Below, in pieces: positions 37,996 to 52,190 of a stretch of DNA of 64,000 bases. A program made the translations under genes and the position numbers. The stretch is from Octopus sinensis. Taxonomy: Eukaryota. The notes under the pieces are model-generated. The model saw only the letters and a program-made list of their open reading frames with translations, had not been told where the DNA came from and did not search any database. Within the stretch, counting starts at the first letter, position 1, and each line of letters opens with the position of its first letter. The stretch is from positions 22,506,001-22,570,000 of the forward strand of contig NC_043022.1 of NCBI RefSeq assembly GCF_006345805.1. The letters run 5' to 3'.

Positions 37996-38051
37996 GTAAG
38001 TATTAAATTTCAAATACTTAAAACGATTTATATTGTATAGTTCTACTATAT

Positions 38052-38378
38052 AGGCACAGGAGTGGCTGTGTGGTAAGTAGCTTGTTTACCAACCACATGG
38101 TTCCGGGTTCAGTCCCACTGCGTGGCACCTTGGGCAAGTGTCTTCTACTATAGCCTCGGGCCGACCAAAGCCTTGTGAGTGGATTTGGTAGACGGAAACT
38201 GAAAGAAGCCCGTCGTATATATGTATATATATATGTATATATATGTGTGTGTGTGTGTCTGTGTTTGTCTCCCTAGCATTGCTTGACAACTGATGCTGGT
38301 GTGTTTATGTCCTCATCACTTGGCGGTGCTCCTGCATGGCCGCAGTCAAATGACTGAAACAAGTATAAGAGTAAGAGT
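38052..38378 (+). mobile_element. SINE family A with internal deletion
   Basis: Head and tail of family A. Confidence 0.88.
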
Positions 38379-38831
38379 ATATAGTTTTATCATGCAATTC
38401 TGTGATGCAGTTCCACTACATAGCTCTACTACACAAATTCTACCATATGGTTATATATCATTTCTCTCTCACAGTCCTTTCACACTGTTCTACCATTTAG
38501 TTGTATCATTCAGATATACAGGGTGTGCCAAAAATATCGACATCACTTGAAATGTGAATATTTGAGTAACTACATGTCCTAGGCAAAGGAAATTGAATAG
38601 GCTTTACGTGGAACAATAAAAGATTTATTTATCAAAATAGATGTAGGAGTAGCTGTGTGGTTCCGGGTTCAGTCCCACTGCGTGGCACCTTGGGCAAGTG
38701 TCTTCTACTATATTCTCAGGCTGACCAAAACCTTGTGAGTGGACAAAAAATGGTTTTTATTTGTTCTTTCTGATATTTTAGAAATTGTTTTCATCACCAT
38801 TGTCATCAACATCACCATAATTATTATCACT

Positions 38832-39146
38832 CGGTGGCATGTAAGAAGCACCATCCGAACGTGGCCGATGCCAGCGCCACCTGACTGGCGTCCGTGTCGG
38901 TGACACGTAAAAAACACCAACCGATCGTGACCGTTTGCCAGCCTCCCCTGGCCGCTGTGCTGGTGGCACGTAAAAAGCACCCACTACACTCACAGAGTGG
39001 TTGGCGTTAGGAAGGGCATCCAGCTGTAGAAACACTGCCAGATCAGACTGGAGCCTGGTGCAGCCTCCTGGCTTCCCAGACCCCGGTCGAACTGTCCAAC
39101 CCATGCTAGCATAGGAAACGGACGTTAAACGATGATGATGATGATG
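38832..39146 (+). mobile_element. SINE family C
   Basis: Tandem units, core and (GAT)n tail. Confidence 0.85.
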
Positions 39147-39408
39147 AAAGAAAACTATTTTCATTGTAAACATTGTTGTTGTTGTCAACATCGCCATAAT
39201 CATCATCATCAACAGAAACATTATCATCATAAGCATCACTGTCATCATCATCAACAATAACAAAAGCATTATCATCATCACCATTTCACCACCTTCATCA
39301 TCATTGTCACATCATCACAAACATCATCACCACTACCACCACCACCACCATCATTACAAGATTGAGCATTGTATTAATATGTAATTTTTTTCGTTTTTTT
39401 TTTCATAG

Positions 39409-40448
39409 ATATACGAGGTCCAACCATGCAGCAACCTCCACCTCCACACGGACAAGCTGGCCCCATGGTAGCCCCAAATCAGATGCCTATGATACGACAG
39501 GGACCACCAGGAATGCAGTGTCGACCAGGACCAGGTGGTCCAGACCCTAATGGCCCTCCTCCTCCTCTCGGCAACCAACAGGGACCTCCACCTCCAGGAC
39601 AGTACATGCAGGGTGGGGATGGCCCCGAGAACAACCAGTCCCGACCCCCAGGCAGTGAAGGTGAAATGGGCAATCTCAGTCACCGCGACAAGGATTACCG
39701 ACAGGGGGGTTCCAATATAAATGATGGCAACTTCATGCCACATGACATGAGGGGTGGTGACGGCGGAGGAGGTGGAGGAGGGGGCATGCCCCCACGTGAA
39801 GGCATGGGTGGAGGTCGACGAGGTGACATGAATATGGGACATGGTGGTGGCGGTGGTCAACGCTTCAACAATGACCGACCCCCAAACCAGTGGCCACAGG
39901 ATGGCCCAGACATGTCGCAACGCGACAACCAGCCGTATGACAGATCCATGGACGAATATCATGACATTGACGAGAGGATGGAGCGTAGCCGTGGTTACCA
40001 CCATCACCAACAACAGCAGGGCCGGAATCAAGGGGGTTTTGGCCCACCTCAAATGAACAATCCCAACCATCCTGATGCAATGCACCGGGATGATTTTGAA
40101 CACCACCGGAGGATGGGTAATGACTCTGGTGGTCCTGACCAGGGTATGGACATGGGTAACAGCCGCAAGCGTCACTGGGATGATGACCAGATGAACGTCC
40201 CACCCCCTGCTATGATGGACATGCGAGACAAGTACAATCGACAAGACATGGGGCCTGATTTCTCGTCTGTCCGCAACAACAGCAACAATTACAACCAAGA
40301 CTATAACTCCGGACCACGCGGCAGCGGCGGTGGTGGTGGTGGTGGTGGTGGTGGCGGAGGGTTCAGGGGAGGACGCAACAATCGCAACAACAATCGAAAT
40401 GGTGGTAGGGGCCCATACCGAGGGGGGCGCAACAATCGGTGTAGATAA
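39409..40448 (+). CDS. WDR33: WDR33 terminal coding exon: P/G/M/N/D-rich disordered tail ending in an RGG box
   Basis: T-tract plus catag acceptor, in frame with the previous exon and with ORF 39426..40448. Ends FRGGRNNRNNNRNGGRGPYRGGRNNRCR then TAA. Confidence 0.92.
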
Positions 40449-40519
40449 TACCAAATCCACTCTTTGTGCAGGATCATACATGCTGACACATACACACACA
40501 CATTAATGTCTGCGTGTGT

Positions 40520-40554
<35 letters not shown>

Positions 40555-41560
40555 CACGCATACATACACATATATACACACACACATATATACATACAGA
40601 CATGCACACACACACATATGTGTGTGTGTAACATACATAACATCATCCTCCCTTTATGTCGTTGGCCCACCCTGGCTCCCACCACTTTCTTCTCCTCTTT
40701 ACCAGACCCACATATCCTCCTGCCGTTCTCCTTACCAAAGCAATATGCCCCTTTCTGGTCCTCCACTTTCCTCTTCTGTCGAGCGTTCAGTATTCCCTGT
40801 TATTGTAGTACCACTGTTGTGCGTCTACCAAGGGTAGATAGATTATTGTTTCATATACACACTGACACACACACACATGCATACACATGCTAATCCAGTT
40901 GTTATTCGTCTCCAGTCTTTTTTTTTTTTGTTGATGGATATGATGGAAACATGTATGCATGGGTATACAAATATATACACATATATACATTTGTGTATAT
41001 TCATCAACATATGCATATTTTTACATAATTCCATATGTATAGACATAAATATATGCAAGAGTTAATAAAATGACTGAGAAAAAAATGTATTATCTTCCCT
41101 ATACACACACACATGCATGCATACACACACACACCACACACACACACCCTATACACACACACACGCATGCATACACACACACACCACACACACACACACA
41201 CACAGAAATGTTTTTATGTTCAGTTAAAGCAGTTTTACATTAATCTGATGGGTTACTCTATACCTTTGTAGAGTACAGATTTATTCTTAAACAAGAAGGT
41301 TGTTGACAGTGACTTTGAAGTTGTGGCCAGCTAAGCCATTGTCTGACAATGGGGTTAGCTGGCGGAAACTTCCAAAGTCACTGTTGATAATATTTTTCGT
41401 TTAAGAATAATAAATAAATAAGCATGTGTGTATGTGTGTGCGTGTGTGCATGTGTGTGATATTGACTTTTGAAAAATCTATAAATACAAATAATAAAAGT
41501 TCTATGAAAAATATTCCAAATTGATTTAATAAATATTAAGAAGCAAACACACACACACAC
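40449..41560 (+). other. WDR33: WDR33 3' UTR with poly(A) signals
   Basis: Follows the stop codon. AATAAA at 41064, 41409, 41413, 41492 and 41528. SINEs resume at about 41880. The exact cleavage site is unknown. Confidence 0.6.
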
Positions 41561-42043
41561 ACACACACACTCACATATATAAATATAAACAGAGATATGC
41601 AAACACACATACTCATACACAATAGAGCAACAAACACTCATATAGTTACACACAAACTAGATTAAATAGTACTCAATAGCAGAGATAGTGTTTAGTTTTA
41701 GTATTTTGAAACTGTATCTTCACTAATTGCGTTTCTAGACACTTGTTCTGGATCCTCAGGTTACTACTTAAGTTAACTGAGGATTGTGAAACTAGTAGTT
41801 GCAACGTGTATATATATATATTTATATATATATATATATAGTCCAGTCGGAGATGAAACATCATTCTATAAAATCCTTATAGGCGTAGGAGGGGCTGTGT
41901 GGTAAGGATCTTGCTTACCAACCACATGGTTCCGGGTTCAATCCCACTGCATGGCACCTTGTGCAAGTGTCTTTTACTATAGCCTCGGGCCGACCAAAGT
42001 CTTGTGAGCGGATTTGGTAGACGGAAACTCAAAGAAGCCCCTC

Positions 42044-42079
<36 letters not shown>

Positions 42080-42501
42080 GTTTGCGTGTATATGTTTGTG
42101 TGTCTGTGTTTGACCCCACCAACATCGCTTGACAACCTATGCTGGTGTGTTTACATCCCCGTAACTTAGACACAAAAACACACACATGTGGCTATCTTCT
42201 ATATTGATCCATCTAGATGTGTGTGTTTTTGTGTCTGTGTTTGTTCCCCAGCACTGCTTGACAATCAGTGTTGGTATGTTTACACACCTGTAACTTAGTG
42301 GTTCAGCAAAAGCGACTAATAGAATAAGGACCAGGCTTTTAAAAGAAGAAAATAAGCACTGGCCTTGATTCATTCAGCTAAAATTTCTTGAAGACTCTGC
42401 CCTAGTGTGGCTACAGTCTAATGAGGAGTGAAGCAATTAAAAGATATGTTTGTGTGTGTGTGTGTGTATTATATATATATATATATATATATATGATGAT
42501 A

Positions 42502-42541
<40 letters not shown>

Positions 42542-43495
42542 CATACATATATATATACATACATATATATATATATATATACATACATTTATATATATAT
42601 ATATATATACATATATATACATACATATATATATATATATATATACATACACACATATATATATAGGAGCACTTGCTTGTCTAATAATAGTCACGTCTAT
42701 AGCTTGCTTACTTGAATTGAAGTATACATGCTCATTCAGGATAAAACACATTTCTGAATTTTCCGACACACATCATCATCATCAACACCAACAACAAGAC
42801 TGATACGAGATTTTACAAGACTAAACATCCCCCTCACACACACACATAACTAGAAACCTGAATCTCAAACATCACAATCATCATCATCATAATCAGCATC
42901 GTTAGCAAGAGAACACTTTGTTGTTTAAAATTGGTGAGGAAGCAGGGTACTATATTAAAGAACGGGGCCGTTTCATATTGGCATTTACTAGAGATGTAGT
43001 CTGTTGTATATTGATGGTAGAATTTGATGGAAAGTGGCGGCGGGGTTGTTTTTGGTGGAGTTGGACTGTTTTCTTGGAGGAGTTGTTTGGTGGGGGAATT
43101 GTGTTTGCGAAATTGTTGGAGAAATTCAGGGATTTCACAGAAGTGATGGAGGTAGCTGAGATTGGTTGTTGTTCACAGTGCTGACGAAGGAATTCTATTC
43201 GTGGGATTCACTGCAGAAGCTCGAATCCACAGAATCGATTATCGACGGTGGAATTTTTAGGGTTGAGAGGAATATGACTGTTGAATTCTGTCCCATGGAG
43301 TTTGGAAGAATTCATTCAGTTGTTGATGAAAGACAAACATGTATTGATTATTGATTTGTAAACCAAGAGAAAAAAAAAAAGAAACAAAAAAGAAACAAAA
43401 AAAATCCTGAAAACCAAAAACCAAAAAAAAACCCAACAAAAGATACCATTAGTTATTTGTTTATTTCTTTATCGTTGTTATTTTATCTTTGTTTG

Positions 43496-43526
<31 letters not shown>

Positions 43527-43547
43527 TGTATGTATATATATATATAT

Positions 43548-43580
<33 letters not shown>

Positions 43581-44343
43581 GCAAAAATGGGACAAGACAT
43601 CCAGGCAGGTGATACAAAAAAGGGGCAACAAAACATCTTGACAGATGATACAAGGAAAACAAGGACGGGTCATTCGTCCGCTTTCCATGCTAGCATGGGT
43701 TGGACGTATGACTGAGGGGTGGTGAACCAGATGGCTGCACCAGGCTTCAATCTTGATCTGGCAGAGTTTCTACAGCTGGATGCCCTTCCTAACGCCAACC
43801 ACCCCGAGAGTGTAGTGGGTGCTTTTACGTGCCACTGGCACGGGGCCAGTCAGGCGGCACTGGCAACGACCTCGCTCGAATCTTTTACACATGTCACAGG
43901 CACGGGTGCCAGTAAGGCGATGCTGGTTACAATCCCACTCGAATGGTGTTCTTTATGTGCCACCGGCACGGAGGCCAGATAGCTGTCAACTACTTCTAGT
44001 TTTTTCTCCCTGGAATGTGGCAGAAGTTGTTCTCCGCGCATTTTCAGTGCTTATTGCTCCCGAGCATCTGCCACATACAAAAACTATCTTCCCCGTTAGC
44101 CTTCCTTTGATATTGTCTTTGATGTACCTAAGTCACACCGGTGGTTCGTTTTCATTCATGGAAATTTCATTCCATAGTATATGGGCTATAATTTTGTTCG
44201 GCGATCCTTCACATCAGTGTTTCTTCACTTTTGAAACTTTAGGGGCCATCAGTTTTCTCTGTATCAAAGAGAGAGAGAGGTAATATATAGTGTGGAAACC
44301 TAGCCAGTCAATCCAGTATGGCTGTTTTTCATGAAAATTAAAT

Positions 44344-44566
44344 TTAACCCTTTAGCATTTAAACCAGCCACATCTAACCAAAATATTCTACCTGTTTTAT
44401 GTTCAAACTGGCCAGATGTGACCTTTTACACCTACCCTACAATGTCTTTCTGCGAATATACTATCATGTAATCGAAATCTCAAAGCTACGAGATAATACA
44501 TTATTAATTCAAAACAATATAAATAAACAAGCAGCAGATAGAATTATCTGAGTGCTAAAGGGTTAA
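44344..44566 (-). mobile_element. TTAA MITE, same family, reverse orientation
   Basis: TTAACCCTTTAGCA ... TGCTAAAGGGTTAA. Confidence 0.8.
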
Positions 44567-45584
44567 ACTGAGTCTATCCAGTGCAAATATTCTACAATAG
44601 GTGCAGGAGTGGCTGTGTGGAAAGTAGTTTGCTTACCAACCACATGGTCCCAGGTTCAGTCCCACTGCATAGCACCTTGGGCAAGTGTCTTCTAGTATAA
44701 CCTCGGGCCGACCAAAGCCTTGTGAGTGAATTTGGTAGACGGAAACTGGAAGAAGCCTGTTGTATATGCATATATATATATATGTTTGTGTGTCTGTTTG
44801 TACTCCCAGGATCACTTGACAACCAATGCTGGTGGGTTTACGTCCCCCATAACTTAGCGGTTCGGCAAAGGAGACCGATAGAATAAGTACCAGGCTTACA
44901 AAGTGCCTATGACAAGGGGGAGGAGAGGTTATGAAACTATGTCAGATGTTCTGTGAGAGTTGTAGACTGGGTTGATGGATGAAGTGAAGTTCCAGCTGTG
45001 TGAAGGTTGACATGGAGAGTGGAACAGTACAGCAGATAAAGCCATAGAAGTTGGCATGAAGGTTTGGAAAGAATGGTTTCCGGTTGTTAGATGCCAGGTA
45101 TAGAGGAACAAGATATTGCGAAATCTTTTGTACACACAGTTCGGATAGAATTGGAAGCTGTTGGCAGGAATGGTCCACATGTATAAAAAAAGAAGTTCTA
45201 AATGTTTTTTCACCATGAGGAAACCACAGTTCATCCAGTGAGTTCAAAACATTACTGATGATTCCAGAAAAACGAGGGCCATTGCCAAAGAACAGTGGTG
45301 TATGAGGACATTCAATACAAATTGTATGTACTGTAGAGAGGCCAGTTCAGGTTTGCAAAGACTGGAAAACTGATCCACCGAGAAGATGGCATGATTTGAT
45401 TCCTCTTTGATGAGTAAAACTGACCAAAACCAAAAGCTGAATATGAAAAATGACATTATTATATACAGATCCTTCCGATGTCTTTTGGTTGATGAACAAG
45501 TTTCCAGCAATTGTGATGGTTTTTTAAAGTGGTGAATAATGATCATATCATGCTACCTCACACCGAGATCCTTAGAATTACTTA

Positions 45585-45950
45585 ATGCTGCAGGCTGCAT
45601 TGAAAATTGTTGAGTTCTGGGTGGATGATGTACGTAGTGAAAGGTCAAAAGTTAAAAACTCAGTACATTCTCACAAAACCCATTTAATCCAAGATCGGAT
45701 GTCAGTCAACCTTTATGATCAAGTAACTTCAAACTTGTGGCTTCCAAATTCACCAGATTTAAATTCCATGGATGAGTACTGGAGTGTTGTTTAAAGGGAG
45801 ACTAATCGACATCCTCCCAAACCACAGCTTTACGGAAGATTACCATTGTCCAGGTGATGTCCAAAATGAATAAGGATCATTTAGTGTAAGTGTAAGCATG
45901 TCTCGCATTAAAGAAGTCATCAAAGTTTATGGTGGATTCACAGGTTAATC
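45585..45950 (+). mobile_element. Tc1/maT-type transposase fragment
   Basis: NLWLPNSPDLNSMDEYW matches the WPPNSPDLNPLDYxxW catalytic motif. Confidence 0.7.
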
Positions 45951-46959
45951 CTAATCCTATCAGAAAGTTTATCAGGAGCATTTGCACGAATTTCTATTAA
46001 AATAAATTTGGTTTTATTAAATTACCAAATAAGTCTTCAAATACTACTTACACTCTATCATTCTCGTGTTGTATTTGGTAAAATGTGACTGATAAAATAA
46101 GGTTTAAGGAAAAGAAAATATTTGACTAAAATGTCTTCAAGGAGGTTCCCTAGCGTGGCTGCTGTCTAAAGACTGAAACAGATAAAAGATATTTCTATAG
46201 ACAGCAGTGGGGGGAAGGGTATCTTTTTTTTCTTCACAAATGTAAATAAACCCAATTTGTTTCTTAAACGAGGGACATATTCATACAGCACAGAATATTT
46301 TCACCTCAATAGACGTCATTGATTGGTTGAAATTGAGGAAATAAACAACAAATATCTTACAAACCATAGAATTTTCTCAATAAAGCCAAGAGAAAAAGAT
46401 GTCTTATAAACACATTCTACCAGTATATGAAGTTTAAAAGTGTTTAGTTACGTGGAAATTATTTTAAAAAACTGCCGGTCAAACCGAAAAGATCCCAAAA
46501 ACTTTATAAGAGATGTTGAAAGTGTCGTCCTTCATTTTCAGTACATAAGTTGACTCTTCCACACGTTTTTAAATACATCTTGAAGGAAAAAAATTCACGG
46601 CTGAGAGACTTTTTGAACACTCTGTATATGAGATTATATTATTCAATGCGTCGTCGTTCTGTTTAACAGTTTAGTTTGGTGTGTCTTCCAGGGGTGTTTT
46701 CTCTTCGGCTTGGTATCACTATATTTGTTTCATCAGTTGCATCGACCTCAACAATCTGTAGAAGCCCTGAAAAGACCCCGATTGTTGCTTCTTGCTCCTC
46801 TAATAAATAGACGAGAGAGAAAATAATAAAAATTATAATGGTAAGAAGAAAACAAACAAAATAAAAAAAGCGAATATTGAGTTTGAGCTTGCCACTAAAT
46901 AGGGAGAAAGCTGAGGTATGTCAATGCGAGTTATCTCCCTTAGACTTCATGTTTTGAAA

Positions 46960-47310
46960 CCTGGCAGAAACGTTAGCGCGCCGGGCGAAGTGTTTAGCGG
47001 TATTTCGTCTGCGTTACGTTGTGAGTTCAAATTCCGCCGAGGTCGACTTTGCCTTTCATCCTTTCGGGGTCGATAAATTAAGTACCAGTTACGCACTGGA
47101 GTCGATGTAATCGACTTAATACCTATGTCTGTCCTTGTTTGTCCCCTCTGTGGGTAATAAAGAAATAGATATTTCGTCTGTCGTTACGTTCTGAGTTCAA
47201 ATTCCGCCGAGGTCAACTTTGCCTTTCATCCTTTCGGGGTCGATATAATCGACTCAATCTCTTCGTCTGTCCTTGTTTGTCCCCTCTATGTTTCTGGGCA
47301 GTAAAGAAAT
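46960..47310 (+). mobile_element. SINE family B, tandem pair with CpGs intact
   Basis: Two head-to-tail family B units. Confidence 0.85.
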
Positions 47311-47849
47311 ATATACGTACGCGCGGGCAAGCACACACACACGTTCTCATACACATCCCCACGTCATTTACACACACTTATATATAATATCATAAGTCCG
47401 TTTACAAAATAGACACATTTATATATGTACAGATTTGTAATTTTTGTTTTATGTATGCATATAGTTGCATGTCTAGACACGCTCATATATGCTTAAATGA
47501 TAAACTTTGGAAAGTTTTATACAAAATTTGCAGTTCCAGTGATGAATTGGATCTGTAGTCTTCGAATCGGCTTTCTCTTTCAGATATTCAGAAGCCTAAT
47601 TTCTCAAGATTGAGATTTAGGCAGTGTGTTACTTAATCCCAGTGCCCCAATAATTTACAGGTATAAACCCGAAATTGTAATCTGGATAGATTAGCGGTAG
47701 ATTCTTCAATAGTACAGCGTAAGTATTTTTTTTTTTTTTTTTGATGTTTAGCTTTATGTTAATACCCGCTGCGCAGCAAAGGCGGCGAGAAACGTTAGCG
47801 CGCCAGACGAAATGCTTTGTGGTATATCGTACGTCTGTTACTGAAAATT

Positions 47850-48660
47850 TATTGTTGGAGTGTCTTCGTAAGTTTCTATTAATTGTTATATTTCTTGTTG
47901 TGCCTATTGTTGGACTTATTGTTGAAAAAAAATTGTAGTATAGTTTTCTTTCGAAAGCTATCTGTGGTTTTTCCCCTGTGGGGGAAAACATTAATTGCCG
48001 GCAAGATGTCGAAAAGTTCGTGTTCTTCGTCGGGGGACGAAGCATCAATTAAACGAGAAGCAAAGAAAATAGAAAGCTTAATTTTCGACAACATTTCTGA
48101 TGTGTCGGAAAGCGAATTTCCGAGAGTTACGAACACTGAAAGGAAGACAGAAAAAAGGACCATCCAAAATGAAGAAAAGAAAAGTTTTGCGTCAGCGGCT
48201 GGTGGTGGAACGCGACAGCTGTCAACCGACATAAAATAATTATTAAAATATATAGATATGATAACAGAACGAGATAGAATGGTAAAAGTGGAAATACCAG
48301 AAGAAGAATTAACGGAGGAAAAAAAGAAAAACATTATTTTTAAGACATTTTGCTTAGAAGATCGTAAAATTGATAAAATATGTGAAGAAAAAATTGAAAA
48401 ATGTCTAAAACCTATCTGGCAGGACATTACATATCTAGCAAGAGGGAAGAAGTTTGGAACCATTGTGGTGAGGTTCAAGACTGCAGAAATTATGTGCTTG
48501 ATGGCGGCAGTCCTGGCAAACAAGGAAGATAATATTAACCTCCTGCAGGCTACCGTTACAGAAAGTACTTATTGGACAGGTCAAACGCTTAACATCGTAT
48601 TGCAGGTTGACCAAAAAATTTTAGAACAGCTCCCAGAAATCGTGGAAGTAAGGGAGGAAG
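47850..48660 (+). mobile_element. Probable Tx1/L1 ORF1 fragment
   Basis: Purine-rich frame with an internal stop: MSKSSC...KSFASAAGG...DITYLARGKKFGTIVVRFKT. The SFASAA motif and the RRM-like segment are typical of ORF1. No splice structure. Confidence 0.45.
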
Positions 48661-49048
48661 GGATATTTTCAGTTTGAACGGCAGTTTTCTCTAGCGGTGT
48701 CATATGAAATTGTCACCCATAATTATGACCCTAGTATCGATCTATTGCATTTCAATCTGTTTTAGGGTAAGGGTATCTTTTTTCTTCACAAATGTAAATA
48801 AACCTAATCTGTTTCTTAAACGAGGGACATATTCATACGGCACAGAATGGTTTTTACCTCAATGGACGTCACTGATTGGTTGAAATTGAAGAAAAAAACA
48901 ACAAATATCTTACAAACTATAGAATTTTCTCAATAAAGCCAAGAGAAAAAGATGTTTTATAAACACATTCTACCAGTATACGAAGTTTAAAAGTGTTTAG
49001 TTACGTGGAAATTATGTTAAAAAAGTGCCGTTCAAACCGAAAAGATCC
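48661..49048 (+). mobile_element. TIR-bounded non-autonomous element (partial copy at about 46210-46496)
   Basis: GGATATTTTCAGTTTGAACGGCA ... TGCCGTTCAAACCGAAAAGATCC with an internal TTAGGG-like motif. The 3' part is repeated at 46.2-46.5 kb. Confidence 0.7.
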
Positions 49049-50064
49049 AAGGCTTCCGTTTTTTTTTTATCAACGCTAAAGCAATTTCATAAGACGCTTC
49101 ATTCGTCGCCAAACGTTTACTTCTTTTAACAAATATTCGTTTCCTCTTGATGTCTTCCTTTTGTTTCTTACTCCTTTATTATTTCCTACCATTTGTTTTT
49201 TAGTCTGCTGTGTTAGCGGTCGAGCGTCCATCATCGACAAGATTTCTGTCGCTTATATTTAACAAATTCACTGACTAATCGCGACACCAGCACCTGCTCT
49301 AACACTGTTACTATATATATCGCCCGCGGGGAGGTGAATCACTGCTATCTCTAGCAGTCGAGTGTCCATCATTGACAAGACCAAGGAAGGTCGAAATCTC
49401 GGGATCTGGTGGTTTGGTGGCCGTGGTGATGGTGATGGTGGCGGGGGTCGTGGTGACGGTGACGGCGGTGGTGGTCGAAGTGATGGAGGGATTGTTGAAA
49501 GTAGTGATGAAGTGGCAATGATGGATGGTGGTGGTGGTGGGTAGAACGAAGGTAGTGGGTGTAGGAGCGGAGGGTGGGGGTAATAAAGGTGGTGATGGAT
49601 GTGGGGGGGGGGCGGACGTGGGTGAATCGTCGAATGTCAGTAATGCATGTTACAGTGGAGGGGAAAGACTTGACCCTTAAGACACTTCACAGCTAAACAC
49701 ACAAATGTCTATGAGATGTGTGTGTGTGTGTTTAGAATATGTCAGCACGAAGCATTTCGATGGCGCTCTAAATGAAAGTACCAATAACCACGCAAATGTT
49801 TACCCTCGCGGGGTTAAGTGGTTCGTTGGTTAAGTGTTGGTAATGACACGCACTTGTGAAGTTTAGGGTTAAAATCACTATCGGAAAGGTTTCGATTTCG
49901 GGTCGCGTTAAGTTATCACTTTCTTTTTCTTTAAATAAATAAGTGTGTGTGTATACGTCTGTATACATACATGCAAACACACATACACGCATATATATAT
50001 ATAAACACAAATATATATCTGTGTATGTATGTGCGTCTATCTATGCGCACGCAGCCACACACGC

Positions 50065-50348
50065 ATCTATCTATCTATCCATCTATCTGTCCGTCCTTCC
50101 ATCCATCCATCTATCTATCCACCCATCTATCCATCCATCCATCTATCTATCTATCTATCCACCCATCCATCCATCTATCTCTCCATCCATCCATCCATCC
50201 ATCCATCTATCTATCCACCCATCTATCCATCCATCCATCTATCTATCTATCCACCCATCCATCCATCTATCTATCCATCCATCCATCTATCTATCTATCT
50301 ATCTATCCACCCATCCATCCATCCATCCATCCATCCATCCATCCATCC

Positions 50349-50383
<35 letters not shown>

Positions 50384-50450
50384 CACCCATCCATCCATCT
50401 ATCTATCCATCCATCCATCCATCCATCCATCATCCATCCATCCATCCATC

Positions 50451-50481
<31 letters not shown>

Positions 50482-50546
50482 CACCCATCCATCCATCTAT
50501 CTATCCATCCATCCATCCGTCCGTCCGTCCATCCATCCATCCATCC

Positions 50547-50605
<59 letters not shown>

Positions 50606-50671
50606 CACCCATCCATCCATCCGTCCGTCCATCCATCCATCCATCCATCCATCCATCCATCTATCTATCTA

Positions 50672-50745
<74 letters not shown>
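50065..50745. repeat. (ATCC)n/(ATCT)n compound microsatellite
   Basis: Read directly from the sequence. Confidence 0.97.
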
Positions 50746-51462
50746 CATGCGTAGCTTCGTGTGTGTGTGTGAGTGTAATATCACCCCCTCTCCAAACAGC
50801 TACTCACCTCGACCTTTATCCATGTGTGTTGTTACACGAGATATGCTTTTAAGTGGGAGCTGCGTGAGTCTGTGTGTGTGTGTGTGTGCGCGCACGCATG
50901 TGTGTATGTGCGTTTATGTGTGTCAATTCATGTGTGTGTGTGTATGTGAATGTATACCTGTTTACGCGATGTGTGCGTATATGCGCGTGTGTGTGTTTGT
51001 GTTTATATGCATGAATTAGTGAATACATGGGGGTTATGTTAATGATGGCGGTGGTACTGGTAATCGGTGTATTGGTGGTGGGGGTCGGGGTGATGATGAT
51101 GAGGGTGACAGTAGTAATAGTGGTCGTGGTGGTAATGAGGGCTAATTAATGCCCCCTCCTCCCCTCACCCCAACTTTCATGAAGAAAAATTAAGGTCTCG
51201 CCTTCCTTACTGCCATCCAACTCCCAAATGCTAGTCTGAGAAAGAAACAGGGATCAGTTACATGTTGTTGTTGTAGTTGATGGTGGTGGTGGTGGTTGTG
51301 GCGTCTATTTCATGTTAACAGCTGTTATGTCACATTTCAGCACTCCTGGAGACTTCCATAGGAACAAGTACAACAATAATAGTAAGTACAAACAAGTACT
51401 TTCGAGAAATATGGAAGGGCTGTTAAAAGGTAACTACACTTGGTGACTTTGGATAAAGGTTG

Positions 51463-51750
51463 AGGTGGTGGTGCTGGTCGTGATGGTGGTGGTGGTGGTG
51501 GTTATGGTTGTGGTGGGGTGGTAGTGGTGGAGGTGGTAGTGGTGATGGTGGTTGTGGTGGTGGTGGTAGTGGTGATGGTGGTTGTGGTGGTGGTGGTAGT
51601 GGTGATGGTGGTTGTGGTGGTGGTGGTTGGTGTTGTGGAGGTGGTGGTGGTTGGTTGGTGTTGTGGAGGTGGTGGTGGTGGTTGTTGTAGAGGTGGTGGT
51701 GGTGATGGTGTTGGTAGTGGTGGCTGCGATGGTGGTGGTGGTGGGTGATG
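51463..51750. repeat. (TGG)n-rich repeat with a 30-nt higher-order unit
   Basis: GGTAGTGGTGATGGTGGTTGTGGTGGTGGT repeated about three times. Confidence 0.9.
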
Positions 51751-51901
51751 ATAGTGTTTGTTGAAAATAGGGAAGTCGTATAGACATAGAACTGCAAGCT
51801 GTTCTAACAGTGACCATCTACACTTTATAATATAAACGTGCTATATGTGTGTGTATGTATGTAAGTCATTCTCAGGTGATGTGTGTGTGTGTGTGGGGGG
51901 G

Positions 51902-52137
51902 CTCTTTTACTTGTTTCAGTCATTTGACTGTGGCCATGCTGGAGCACCGCCTTTAGTCGAGCAAATCGACCCCAGGACTTATTCTTTGTAAGCCTAGTAC
52001 TTATTCTATCGGGCTGTTTGTGTGTGTATATATTTGTGTGTCAGTGTTTGTCCCCCCAACATCGCTTAACAACCGATGGTGGTGTGTTTACGTCCCCGTA
52101 ACTAAGCGGTTCGGCAAAACAGCCCCATGGAATATAT

Positions 52138-52190
<53 letters not shown>

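Noticed and set aside
39354-40499. 381-aa minus-strand ORF
   Set aside because: Antisense shadow of the GC-rich terminal WDR33 exon. The Val/Thr/His-rich translation mirrors the sense codons.
44910-45560. Minus-strand ORFs of about 100 aa
   Set aside because: Probably a heavily decayed LINE 3' region. The motifs are too eroded to assign and there is no gene structure.
49943-51019. ORFs of 241-358 aa (SIHP/YLSI repeats)
   Set aside because: Stop-free translation of an (ATCC/ATCT)n microsatellite.
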